From a virus (lineage: Duplodnaviria > Caudoviricetes): a DNA stretch of 64,000 nucleotides. A program made the translations under genes and the position numbers. Positions 27,725 to 37,548 of this stretch are shown here, one piece after another. The stretch's first letter is position 1; each line of letters begins with the position of its first letter. Location of the stretch: positions 1-64,000 of IMG/VR virus record IMGVR_UViG_3300037455_000100. One strand, given 5' to 3'. The notes under the pieces were generated by a model. That model saw only the letters and a list, made by a program, of their open reading frames with translations. It was not told the DNA's origin and searched no databases.

Positions 27725-27970
27725 ATGATAGTTAAAGAATACTTCTATAACATTGAATGTGATTGTTGTAAAGAATTAGTTTCAGAAGACTGGTGGTCTG
27801 ATAAACAATCTATAAGAGAAGCTGCATTTGAAGCTGACTTTATGAAAATGGCTAACAATAAAATGTATTGTCCTACATGTAGAAGTATCAATAGCGATGG
27901 TAATATTGCAACTAAGGATGGTTGTATATACGATGGTGATACACACGAATTATTATCAAAAAATAAGTAA
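27725..27970 (+). CDS. Zn-binding hypothetical protein
   Basis: CDCC...YCPTC. Confidence 0.6.
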   Translation: MIVKEYFYNIECDCCKELVSEDWWSDKQSIREAAFEADFMKMANNKMYCPTCRSINSDGNIATKDGCIYDGDTHELLSKNK

Positions 27971-27972
27971 TT

Positions 27973-28170
27973 ATGAAAGTATGGATTGCAACAGATTGGA
28001 ATGGTACTAAAATATATCTCAATAAACCTCATTATGGAGAATGGGGTAATGGTGTTAAAGAATGGTCTGGAGTAACATTAACAGAATATTCCTACAGACT
28101 GTTGCCAAAAGGATTTGTACAAAAAGAAGGTGAATGTAAAGAAGCAGATATTGAATTAATCTTAAAATAA
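27973..28170 (+). CDS. Hypothetical protein
   Basis: Coupled ORF in operon. Confidence 0.55.
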   Translation: MKVWIATDWNGTKIYLNKPHYGEWGNGVKEWSGVTLTEYSYRLLPKGFVQKEGECKEADIELILK

Positions 28171-28177
28171 AACTATT

Positions 28178-28465
28178 GTGAATACAGAGGAAATTAGTAA
28201 ATTTGTCGATGAAATAGTTGACCCAATTAGTGAAGATATGCAAAAGAAATATTCTCTTGGAGATATGGGTATAGCTGCAATAGATGTAGCTAAATGCTTC
28301 AGTTGTATCGTTATTGAAGAACTCCAAAAGGTACTACTTAATAATATTAAAGAACTCAGTGACAAAACAGACAATATTAATCAAGATAATCTTGATGGTT
28401 GTGGTAAAGATACACTATTGGGACGTTTACAAGCTTTTGATATGGTTAAAGATATTTTAAAATAA
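28178..28465 (+). CDS. Hypothetical protein
   Basis: Coupled ORF in operon. Confidence 0.55.
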   Translation: MNTEEISKFVDEIVDPISEDMQKKYSLGDMGIAAIDVAKCFSCIVIEELQKVLLNNIKELSDKTDNINQDNLDGCGKDTLLGRLQAFDMVKDILK

Positions 28466-28475
28466 CTAGATTATA

Positions 28476-28733
28476 ATGACAGTAAGAGAAAAAGCAGAAG
28501 AATTAGCATTAACGCTTCTAGGTGAAGACCAAAATCCTGAACCTGTTATAAAAATACTTATAGAAATGGCTGAGTGGCAGAGAGAGCAGGTTGTTGATGG
28601 TAATATGCTACTTCCTTTTAGAGAATATGATAACCTAATGGATTCTATTAATAGGCAGAAGAAAGCAGGTTATGAAGCAGGTTATAAAGCAGGTTTAGAA
28701 GATGGAAAGGAGAAACAACATGATAAAGCATAA
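28476..28733 (+). CDS. Hypothetical protein
   Basis: GYEAGYKAG repeat. Confidence 0.55.
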   Translation: MTVREKAEELALTLLGEDQNPEPVIKILIEMAEWQREQVVDGNMLLPFREYDNLMDSINRQKKAGYEAGYKAGLEDGKEKQHDKA

Positions 28734-28931
28734 ATGGTTAATCTCTACAAGAAATAAAATATCAAGTCTATGGGGAGAAATGGATTCTTGTGCAGCTATA
28801 GAAGGTGCTAAGATGACTGAACATGAAAGAGATTACATTAAAACCAGACTTAAAGATGTAGTTAATTATATTGATGACAAAATCTTTAAAAGATAGATAA
28901 ATGTTGAAGTTTTATTAGTAACATAGTAAAG

Positions 28932-29240
28932 ATGAAGCTTAAAAGATTTGAACTTGAAGCTTTTGACAAAATGCTTGTAGATAAATATAATAAACTTGAT
29001 ATTGATTACAGAGAATTATTAGGTAAATATAAAACTCTACAAACCAATTATGAAGTCAAGAGTAAACAGATTGCAGAACTTAAACAGCAGATAGAAATGC
29101 TAAAGCAAGATATTAGACAGTCTGGTGTATATAAACAGATGAAATCTAATAATAAAGCTTTAAGAAATAGAGTAAATGCTTTACAGAAAGATATCGGTAT
29201 CCTAGTTTATAAACTAAATATTAAAAACAATGAAAGTTAA
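28932..29240 (+). CDS. Coiled-coil hypothetical protein
   Basis: Heptad pattern. Confidence 0.55.
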   Translation: MKLKRFELEAFDKMLVDKYNKLDIDYRELLGKYKTLQTNYEVKSKQIAELKQQIEMLKQDIRQSGVYKQMKSNNKALRNRVNALQKDIGILVYKLNIKNNES

Positions 29241-29982
29241 CACAATTACAAGTAGGGATGAAGTATATAATGCACCTACCATTCCTTGGAACAGTGATAC
29301 TTATACTCCAGTATCAAATAAGATGATTATGGATTTAATTGAGGATAGATTAAAACAGAATCATCTTATCATAAAGAAAGAACATTATCGTACTGCCAGA
29401 ACTGATAAAGGTCTTATTAAAGGTGTTATAGGTGGTTATGATATTGTAGCAGATGATGCTAGTTTCGGTCAAAGAGTTATGTTTAGAAACTCTTACGATA
29501 AATCGATGAGTTTTGCACTAGTTTGTGGAGTCGTAGTGTTTATATGTGAGAATGGGTGCGTAAGTGGTGATTATCAATATAGAAGAATTCATAGAGGCGC
29601 TCTTCTTGAGACTGGACTATCAACTACTATTGAAGATATTATAGAAAATATTGATGGTGGTATGAAGCAACTTAATATTGCATTTGAACATAATGTAGCA
29701 CAGCTTAACAATATGAAAGATATTGATGTAAGTCCTAAAGATGCTTATCAAGTATTAGGTGAACTGTTCTTCAATCAAGAAGTTGTAAGTATTAACCAAA
29801 TGTCTATAATTAAGAAAGAACTACAGTTCAGTCAGAACTTCAAGCATATCGGTGATAAAGACTTTACCACATACGACCTCTACAACCATATAACTGAAAG
29901 TCTAAAGAAGTCGCATCCAATAACTTACATCAACGACCATATCAAAACCCATAAATTATTTGAACAAACATTTAATATTTAA
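29230..29982 (+). CDS. DUF932/DUF945-like protein
   Basis: RNSYDKS...VFICENG...YDLYNHITE motifs. Confidence 0.7.
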   Translation: MKVNTITSRDEVYNAPTIPWNSDTYTPVSNKMIMDLIEDRLKQNHLIIKKEHYRTARTDKGLIKGVIGGYDIVADDASFGQRVMFRNSYDKSMSFALVCGVVVFICENGCVSGDYQYRRIHRGALLETGLSTTIEDIIENIDGGMKQLNIAFEHNVAQLNNMKDIDVSPKDAYQVLGELFFNQEVVSINQMSIIKKELQFSQNFKHIGDKDFTTYDLYNHITESLKKSHPITYINDHIKTHKLFEQTFNI

Positions 29983-29985
29983 GCT

Positions 29986-30420
29986 ATGTTGAAGCATCGT
30001 ATTATATTCTCAAAACCTATTTATAAATCTGATTCAAGCTGTACATTTAAGCTTGTAGCATCTGTAAAGATAGATGATTATAATGTTATGGGTGTTGTAA
30101 AGGATTTTATAAAGACGTATCAAAATGCAGTAAGGTGTAATATTGCAAATAATACGCTGTATATACATATTACAACAAACTCAAGGTGTAGTAGTTACGA
30201 TAAACCAGATGAGATTAAAGGTGTAAGAATTGCTGAAAGTAAAGCAAAGTCTAACCTTTATAAAGCATTATATCGTCTTGCACTGAAACTGTGTGTATAT
30301 TATTCATGTATAGGAGAATCATACAAGAAGAGTATGAGTGTATATTATAACATAAACGAGAAAGAATGTCTGCATATTATTAAAATTGATAAGGGTGATG
30401 GGTACACAGAACAATCTTGA
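29986..30420 (+). CDS. Hypothetical protein
   Basis: 144 aa; RCSSYDKPDEIKGVRIAESKAK. Confidence 0.6.
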   Translation: MLKHRIIFSKPIYKSDSSCTFKLVASVKIDDYNVMGVVKDFIKTYQNAVRCNIANNTLYIHITTNSRCSSYDKPDEIKGVRIAESKAKSNLYKALYRLALKLCVYYSCIGESYKKSMSVYYNINEKECLHIIKIDKGDGYTEQS

Positions 30421-30800
30421 TGATGTAGAAAAGAAAGTTAAGTTACTTTCATACTATTTCTATATATTACTCGTAATTACTGTTATACTGCTTTTATGTA
30501 TATTAAAAAGTGAATCTGTAAATCATTCACTTGTAAAACAGAATATTATATTAAAAGAAAAACTTGATTCATGTAGTACATCGAGAACTGATACAATTAA
30601 TTATTAAATGAACTAAACTATGAAGATTCAAAGAAAAGTATTAATCGAGTGTAATGAGGTTAAAAGATTATTCTCCTCCACATTCCTTGAAGTTTATGTA
30701 GATGATAACAACAACTATTATTTTGTCAGTTATGATGAAGTTATCGCAATCGTTAAGAATGTGACAGAAGAACAGATAGAGTTTATTAAAAACAATAAAA

Positions 30801-32036
30801 ATGAACAATCGTGATGAGATATTACAAGAAGTACTTGAAATACAGAATAGTAATATCTTACTTGAACTAGGAACAGGGGTTGGTAAATCTCGCTGTGCCA
30901 TAGAAAAGATAAAACAACTTGACTGTAAAAAGATACTTCTTGTAATACCACGTCTAGTTTTAATCAATAATTGGAAAGAGGAATTTAAAAAATGGCAAGC
31001 AGAGCATCTTTTGACACAAGTTAAATTTGTAACGTATGTATCTCTACCTAAAATAGCTAATAATCAAGCATTATATGACGCTATAATATTTGATGAAGCG
31101 CATCATATATCTGAAAGATGTAGATTAGCTATACCCTATATCAAGTCAAAATATAACATTCTACTTTCAGCAACTATTAAGAGAACTTTAAAACCAGAAC
31201 TGAGGAGATTATTCTCGAACTTATATGAATATAAGGTTTCTTTAAAAGAAGCCGTTGAAAATGATATTTTACCTGAACCTAGAATTATTTTGATACCATT
31301 AAATCTTGAGACTATTCTACCAAATGAAATTTATGAAGTAAACAAGAAAAAGTCTAAACAACGTACTATAACATATAACCAATGGATAAAAGGTAAATGG
31401 GTTTATCTTAAAAATCAATCAAAAATAGACTATGGAGTAAAAGTTATGTGTACACAAAAGCAAAAGTATACAGAAATAACAAACTCTATAGATTATGACA
31501 CTAAGAGATTAAAAGGAAACTCAATACCCTTCAATCAAGTTCCATTTGTAGAACAAGCCCGTAAAAGAAAAGGTTTAGAAAGACTGCAATGGTTAGCTGA
31601 AATTAAGAGTGATTTTGTTAAACAATTGCTTAAACAATTGAAAGACTATCGTACTCTTACTTTCTGCTACAATATTAAACAAACTGAATATCTTGGTAAA
31701 TATTGTATTAATAGTAAAAATAAGAAATCTGCTGAGTATTTGAACCTATTTAATAATAAAAAGATTAAACATTTGACTGCTTGTATGAGTCTCAATGAAG
31801 GCATCAACTTAGCAGAATGCAAATGTGGAATCTTTGCTAATTATTATAAGTCGGAGGTTGTTACCATACAACGTGTAGGCAGGATTCTAAGGCATTTAAA
31901 ACCAGTAATTTATTTACCTTATTATACTAATACAGTAGAAGAAGATATTGTAAAAACTATGATTTCTGAGTATGATGGTTCATTGATTGTAAAAGCATCA
32001 AATCCTTTTAATTTCAATGAATATATCAATAGATGA
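30801..32036 (+). CDS. Superfamily 2 helicase
   Basis: GTGVGKS, DEAH, SAT, QRVGRILR. Confidence 0.9.
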   Translation: MNNRDEILQEVLEIQNSNILLELGTGVGKSRCAIEKIKQLDCKKILLVIPRLVLINNWKEEFKKWQAEHLLTQVKFVTYVSLPKIANNQALYDAIIFDEAHHISERCRLAIPYIKSKYNILLSATIKRTLKPELRRLFSNLYEYKVSLKEAVENDILPEPRIILIPLNLETILPNEIYEVNKKKSKQRTITYNQWIKGKWVYLKNQSKIDYGVKVMCTQKQKYTEITNSIDYDTKRLKGNSIPFNQVPFVEQARKRKGLERLQWLAEIKSDFVKQLLKQLKDYRTLTFCYNIKQTEYLGKYCINSKNKKSAEYLNLFNNKKIKHLTACMSLNEGINLAECKCGIFANYYKSEVVTIQRVGRILRHLKPVIYLPYYTNTVEEDIVKTMISEYDGSLIVKASNPFNFNEYINR

Positions 32037-32619
32037 AAATGTATTAGAAAACACTAAATTTCTTGGTCATACTCTTACTGTAGGTGAATTTCTATTATGT
32101 ATGATGATAAAACTTGGTGATAATCCAAACAAGTTGATACCTTCACTGATAGACAGAAGAATATTAGTACAGGATATGTTTGATAATACCAAGCTTTATT
32201 TAAGAAGTGAATGCTCTACAGAGTTACAACGTGTACTACTTGAATCAGAGAAAAATGTACCAAGAATTAGTGATATAGAAGAATTAACTATTAAATTACA
32301 AGAGCTATTCCCTAAAGAGAGGAAGCCTCCTATGAACGGTAGTGGTGCTGGATATTCATATCGTGGAAATAAACGTGATGTTACTGTAAGGTTACAGAAG
32401 TTTATGAAGCTTTATGGTTATACTTCAGAACACTATGACTTAATATATAAATGTACAAAGAGATATGTTGAAAGCTTCAAATATGATAAGACATACATGA
32501 AGATTCTACCTTATTTTATTATGAAGGACAGTGAATCTACATTGGCTACGGAGCTTGAGAATATGGATGATACAATAGATAGTAATAATGATTTAGGAGT
32601 AGGAGACGAGTTGCTATGA
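32017..32619 (+). CDS. Hypothetical replication-region protein
   Basis: Lies between helicase genes and overlaps both. Confidence 0.6.
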   Translation: MNISIDENVLENTKFLGHTLTVGEFLLCMMIKLGDNPNKLIPSLIDRRILVQDMFDNTKLYLRSECSTELQRVLLESEKNVPRISDIEELTIKLQELFPKERKPPMNGSGAGYSYRGNKRDVTVRLQKFMKLYGYTSEHYDLIYKCTKRYVESFKYDKTYMKILPYFIMKDSESTLATELENMDDTIDSNNDLGVGDELL

Positions 32620-33722
32620 GTGTATTAGAAAAAATATATAAAGAATTAAGAGAGAATAAAAAGAATATTGAGAATGGTAACATTAACGGCATTCCTTTCC
32701 CTCTTGAACAGTTTAGGGATTGTATTCCTATTATACAAAAGAAACAGTATCATCTTATTACAGCAAAACAGAAGAATGGTAAATCACAGATAGCTAATTA
32801 TATATTTGTATTTCAAGTATTATTATATGCTTATAATAACCCAGACCTCATAACACCAAAGATATTATACTTCAACTGGGAAGAAGGCGAAGAAGAGATT
32901 ATGGAAAGATTTATGTCTTACTATCTTTATGTAAAAACTAAAAAAAGATATAGTCCAGTAGAGTTAAATTCTCCAGATAAGGAAAGATTATTAGATGATG
33001 AGACATTAAATATACTTGAGAGTGAAGAGTATAAGAAGATATTTGAATTTTTTGACGAACACGTAGAATTTTGTGGTGATTGTAAAACCACTGTAGCTGT
33101 AGATGTCAAGTTAAAATCATATTTTAGAAGTCATGGTGACTGTATATATAAGGAAGCATTCTATAAAGATGACGAAGGTATAACACAAAAGACTAGAAGT
33201 GTATCAGAGTATAAGCAACACAATGAAAATGAGTTTGTGTTTGCTATATTTGACCATGCTAGTTTGATACAACCAATCAGAGGTGAAACATTATTCACTG
33301 CTATAGGTACACTGTCTAAAAACTGTGTTGTATATAAAAACATTTATAAAGCTGTTATAATATTGATTCAACAGCAATCAAAAGAATTAGGTAGTTTAGA
33401 GGCATCAAAACAAAACAGGGTTAGACCTGATGATACTTTCCTGTCAGATAATAAATCTACCGTAAACGATTGTACACACTTTTGGGGTATATGTGACCCA
33501 GTAACAGCAAATATAAATGATTATCTTGGATATGATTTAAGGAAGTTAGGTCATAATATTAGAGTGTTTGAGCTTATATATAACAGAAAAGGTATGGGTA
33601 ATAAAATATCTGCATTATTCTTTGATGGTGCAGTAAATTATTTTTATCCACTACCAAGACCTGATAACCAACAAGCTCTTGAACCATTTTATAAACAAAT
33701 AGATAAAATTAATAAAAAGTAA
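32616..33722 (+). CDS. DnaB-like replicative helicase
   Basis: AKQKNGKS Walker A, IFDH, IQQQ, NRKG motifs. Confidence 0.75.
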   Translation: MSVLEKIYKELRENKKNIENGNINGIPFPLEQFRDCIPIIQKKQYHLITAKQKNGKSQIANYIFVFQVLLYAYNNPDLITPKILYFNWEEGEEEIMERFMSYYLYVKTKKRYSPVELNSPDKERLLDDETLNILESEEYKKIFEFFDEHVEFCGDCKTTVAVDVKLKSYFRSHGDCIYKEAFYKDDEGITQKTRSVSEYKQHNENEFVFAIFDHASLIQPIRGETLFTAIGTLSKNCVVYKNIYKAVIILIQQQSKELGSLEASKQNRVRPDDTFLSDNKSTVNDCTHFWGICDPVTANINDYLGYDLRKLGHNIRVFELIYNRKGMGNKISALFFDGAVNYFYPLPRPDNQQALEPFYKQIDKINKK

Positions 33723-34402
33723 TGGCTAATTGTGTAATTATATTAGGTAAAAGTGGTACTGGAAAATCCACTTCTATACAAAATTTAGACCCAAAAGAAA
33801 CAGTTGTCTTTAATGTTTTAAAGAAGAAACTTCCATTTAAGGGAAGCAGTTCCCTTTATAATCTTGATAATAAAAATATGTTTGTATTAGACGAGTATAC
33901 TCAACTAATACAATATCTTGAAGCTATAGACAAGAAAGCTACACACGTAAAAAATATAATCATTGATGATTGTATTTATGTGATGAGGAAGGAATATTTC
34001 CGTAGAGCTAAAGAGGCTGGATATACAAAATATACAGAACTTGCCCAACACTTTCAGCAGATTATATCTACGTGTGAAAATCTTAGAGAAGATATTAATG
34101 TATTCTTTATTTTACATAGTGAAGATGTAGTATCTGATAATAGTATTACTGGATATAAAGTATCTACTATTGGTAAACTGTTGGATAGCCAGTATAATCC
34201 AGTAGAAGTAGTTCCAATGGTACTTTATAGTGATATTAAATATGACGATAAAGGTAATGCTACATACGGATTCTATACTCATAGAACTATGAACGGAACT
34301 GTTGAAATTCCAGCCAAAAGTCCTGCTGGATTATTTGAAGAGGACTTTATACCAAATGATTTAGCTTTAGTTGTTAAAGCTATGAACGAATATTATAATT
34401 AA
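33722..34402 (+). CDS. AAA ATPase, Sak4-like recombination protein
   Basis: GKSGTGKST, IIIDD, AKSP. Confidence 0.8.
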   Translation: MANCVIILGKSGTGKSTSIQNLDPKETVVFNVLKKKLPFKGSSSLYNLDNKNMFVLDEYTQLIQYLEAIDKKATHVKNIIIDDCIYVMRKEYFRRAKEAGYTKYTELAQHFQQIISTCENLREDINVFFILHSEDVVSDNSITGYKVSTIGKLLDSQYNPVEVVPMVLYSDIKYDDKGNATYGFYTHRTMNGTVEIPAKSPAGLFEEDFIPNDLALVVKAMNEYYN

Positions 34403-34433
34403 TTAAATATTAACCAACAATAATTAATAAAAC

Positions 34434-34838
34434 ATGGAAAAAATTAAATTTACTGAAAGGCAGATTGCCGCTTGGAGAAGAATTGCAATGAATGTTAATT
34501 CTGATGTTACAAAGCGTAACAAACTTGTTGAAAAGCGTAATGAATTACAAGAAGAGATTAGTAAGCTTAATAGAATTATTGAGCTTAATGAACTTCCTGT
34601 GAAAGAGGCTACTGGTGGTTATACTACTAGTGAAATCTTTGTTAAAACAGTTACTACAACTGACAAGGTGGATAAAGATGGTCGTGCTGTTAAGACCACA
34701 TCATATCAGCTTCGTTATCCTGACACTATTGTTCCAGTAGTTGAAACTCCTAATGAAGAAATATCTGGGGAACACCCCTCTGAAGTAGAAGATGTTGAGT
34801 TTCCAGAAGAAGATTCTGAAGAAAGTTCTGTAAATTAA
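34434..34838 (+). CDS. Hypothetical protein with acidic tail
   Basis: Coiled-coil followed by acidic C-terminus. Confidence 0.65.
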   Translation: MEKIKFTERQIAAWRRIAMNVNSDVTKRNKLVEKRNELQEEISKLNRIIELNELPVKEATGGYTTSEIFVKTVTTTDKVDKDGRAVKTTSYQLRYPDTIVPVVETPNEEISGEHPSEVEDVEFPEEDSEESSVN

Positions 34839-34922
34839 ATTTAATTTAGTATATTTGCAAGACGTTTGACATGATGACAGTGCTACTAAACTACTTAGTA
34901 GCACTCTTTTAAACTCTTTTAT

Positions 34923-36014
34923 ATGAAAATTAAAGAAGCAATTCAGCAAAATCAAAAATTGTACGGTATTCAGAATATCTCTGTAAAATTAAATTCACAA
35001 TACGTACAACAACCTGATAATAAAAATAATAATAAAATTAATAAAAATAATAAGATGAGTAATAAGAAATCTACTGCTTTTATGGCTTTCGGTAAAGGTA
35101 CTGAAACTAAAGAACCTGTTGACATTAAACGTTACATTGGATTTGGTGTGTGCAGTATTGTTGCTATCAATCCTAACAAGGAACAGCTTGAAAAGATTTA
35201 TGGCAGACCAATCGATAAAGAGCCAGTCTATGTTGGTGAACAGGAAATTGATGAAGTAAAGTATAAGCAGGCACGTGTGGATATTCTGTTGAAGCTTGAC
35301 GAGAAATATCGTGATAATGAGGGTAAGCCTATTGACACAATTTTCCGTAAGAGTATATTTATTGTAAACAAATATCAGTCCAATCGTGACAATACCAAGT
35401 TTCACGTAACTGATGAATATGGTAATACTGCATGGGTTACTGGGGATGAGTTGAAAGAACATAAAGTTCCTATGTATAGCAATGGTCCTGCTAGTATTAT
35501 GAAGAATTATAAACAACTCTATCGTGGAGAAGAGGTTCTTATGAACTTTTTCAAGACTTTCCTCGGTGTAAGTACTATCAGAGTAAGTGCTGACCAGCAG
35601 CCTATGAGTTATAACAACGCTTCAAAACAGTGGGAAGTCTGTGATGCTGCTACAGCCTCTAGTGGTCTGTGTGCTTTTGATAAGATTGAAGATTATTTTA
35701 AGGGAGATTTTAGAGAGCTTAACGAACTTCTTTCTTATCAGCCTAACAACAAAGTCAAGGTATTGTTTGGCGTGAAGACTGTTGATGGTAAGCAATATCA
35801 AGACATTTATGATGTAGTACTTTATGCAAATCAGAATAGGATTGACAAGTTTGAGAAGGACTTTGAAGCATCTAAATCTGCTGGTGCTTATCCCCATACT
35901 GAGTTTAAAATGTGTGAACTCCGTGAATATACTGTAGAATCTACAAACTTCAATACTCCAGCACCTGCAACGAATCCTTTTGACAACGCTGATAATGAAG
36001 ACATCTTTGCATAA
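34923..36014 (+). CDS. Putative single-stranded DNA-binding protein
   Basis: Between ATPase and primase; acidic-aromatic tail DNADNEDIFA; start may be downstream (MSNKK). Confidence 0.5.
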   Translation: MKIKEAIQQNQKLYGIQNISVKLNSQYVQQPDNKNNNKINKNNKMSNKKSTAFMAFGKGTETKEPVDIKRYIGFGVCSIVAINPNKEQLEKIYGRPIDKEPVYVGEQEIDEVKYKQARVDILLKLDEKYRDNEGKPIDTIFRKSIFIVNKYQSNRDNTKFHVTDEYGNTAWVTGDELKEHKVPMYSNGPASIMKNYKQLYRGEEVLMNFFKTFLGVSTIRVSADQQPMSYNNASKQWEVCDAATASSGLCAFDKIEDYFKGDFRELNELLSYQPNNKVKVLFGVKTVDGKQYQDIYDVVLYANQNRIDKFEKDFEASKSAGAYPHTEFKMCELREYTVESTNFNTPAPATNPFDNADNEDIFA

Positions 36015-36019
36015 TAACA

Positions 36020-37009
36020 ATGTTTTCTCACGGTAAAAATACAGATGTAAATTTAAGTGAGATTAAAGTCTCTGAAGGTGACTTGTTACACTATTATATA
36101 GGTATTAATAAAATACCTTGTGTAATAAAGTCACCTTTAAGGACTGATAATAGACCATCATTTGGACTTTATAGTTTGGATGGAGTAAGAGTATTTTATA
36201 AAGACCTGTCAACACAAGAAACTGGAAGTACATTTACACTACTCAGTAAGCTGTTCGGATTATCATTCCATGACACACTAAAAAAGATTAAAAAAGATAT
36301 AGATAATAAATCATTTACTATTATTAATACCACTTCCTTATCACATCGTATAACACAGGTAAGCGAAACAGACACTAAATTAGAGGTAAAGATAAGAGAA
36401 TGGAGAGATTATGATATAGAATACTGGGAGTCATACGGTGTAACATTGACATGGTTAAAATGGGCTGAAATATATCCCATATCTCATAAGATAGTAATAA
36501 AGGATAATCATAGATATGTGTTTTCAGCTGATAAGTATGCATATGCTTTTATTGAGCGTAAAGAAGGAAATATTACTTTAAAAATATATCAACCGTTTAA
36601 TACAAGTGGTTATAAATGGTCTAATAAGCATGACAGGTCTGTAATAAGTTTATGGACTAAAGTTCCAGAGTATGGTAAAAGAATTGTTATATGTAGTAGT
36701 ATGAAAGATGCTCTTTGTTTATCGTGTAATACAAATATACCTGCATTAGCTATACAGGGAGAAGGATATATGATAAGTAATACCGCTATAAATGAATTAA
36801 AAAGAAGGTTTGAAAAGCAGTATATATTACTTGATAATGATGAAGCTGGAATAAAAGATGCAGAGAAACTATCAATAATTACAGGTTTTAAAAATATTGT
36901 ATTACCACAATTTAAAAAAGGTAAAGATTTATCTGATTACTACAAAATATTTGGTAAAGAAAAATTTAAACAATTAATCAAACAATTATTTAAAGATGGA
37001 CAGAACTGA
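36020..37009 (+). CDS. DNA primase (DnaG/Toprim type)
   Basis: SPLRTDNRPSF N-terminus; LLDNDEAG and KDLSD Toprim motifs. Confidence 0.85.
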   Translation: MFSHGKNTDVNLSEIKVSEGDLLHYYIGINKIPCVIKSPLRTDNRPSFGLYSLDGVRVFYKDLSTQETGSTFTLLSKLFGLSFHDTLKKIKKDIDNKSFTIINTTSLSHRITQVSETDTKLEVKIREWRDYDIEYWESYGVTLTWLKWAEIYPISHKIVIKDNHRYVFSADKYAYAFIERKEGNITLKIYQPFNTSGYKWSNKHDRSVISLWTKVPEYGKRIVICSSMKDALCLSCNTNIPALAIQGEGYMISNTAINELKRRFEKQYILLDNDEAGIKDAEKLSIITGFKNIVLPQFKKGKDLSDYYKIFGKEKFKQLIKQLFKDGQN

Positions 37010-37478
37010 AATATTTGATTATATAAAGAAGAATAATCTTCAAGCAGAGATTAAAGAGACGTTTGGTAGACCATATAATAGTGTACCAACAAATCTTCTT
37101 GAAAAATTTGTAACTGTAGATGATATTAGTAAAGATGTTGCGTGTGACAATAGTGCTAAGATTCCCAATAATAGGAATGAATTATATAAATATATAAAGG
37201 ATAATAATATACAAGACTTCATAAAAGAAAGAACTGGAAAGAATTATACAAACTTATCAACTGAGACATTATATGAACTATGTGTAAGAAGAAAAGTGGC
37301 AAAAGTTCCAGACAATGAAGTTAGTGCTAAAGATAGTTGTGAATCGTCTGAAAAGAGTAAACAAAATGAACAGAATATCACTACTAACAACAATGAAGTG
37401 ATTGATAAGATAATCAAGACTATTACAGCAATGGCTGAAATACTGAATCTTAAAACTGTTCTAAAGAACCTTGAATAG
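36996..37478 (+). CDS. Hypothetical protein with an internal duplicated domain
   Basis: RTEIFDYIKKNNLQ..IKE..G..Y repeated as RNELYKYIKDNNIQ..IKE..G..Y. Confidence 0.65.
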   Translation: MDRTEIFDYIKKNNLQAEIKETFGRPYNSVPTNLLEKFVTVDDISKDVACDNSAKIPNNRNELYKYIKDNNIQDFIKERTGKNYTNLSTETLYELCVRRKVAKVPDNEVSAKDSCESSEKSKQNEQNITTNNNEVIDKIIKTITAMAEILNLKTVLKNLE

Positions 37479-37503
37479 CTGTTTTTCATTTTATGTTTTA
37501 TTG

Positions 37504-37536
37504 TGGGGTGAGCAGTGATGCTTGCCCCATTTTTTA
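37504..37536 (+). terminator. Intrinsic terminator
   Basis: TGGGGTGAGCA-GTGA-TGCTTGCCCCA then TTTTTT. Confidence 0.7.
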
Positions 37537-37548
37537 ATATTTATAGAA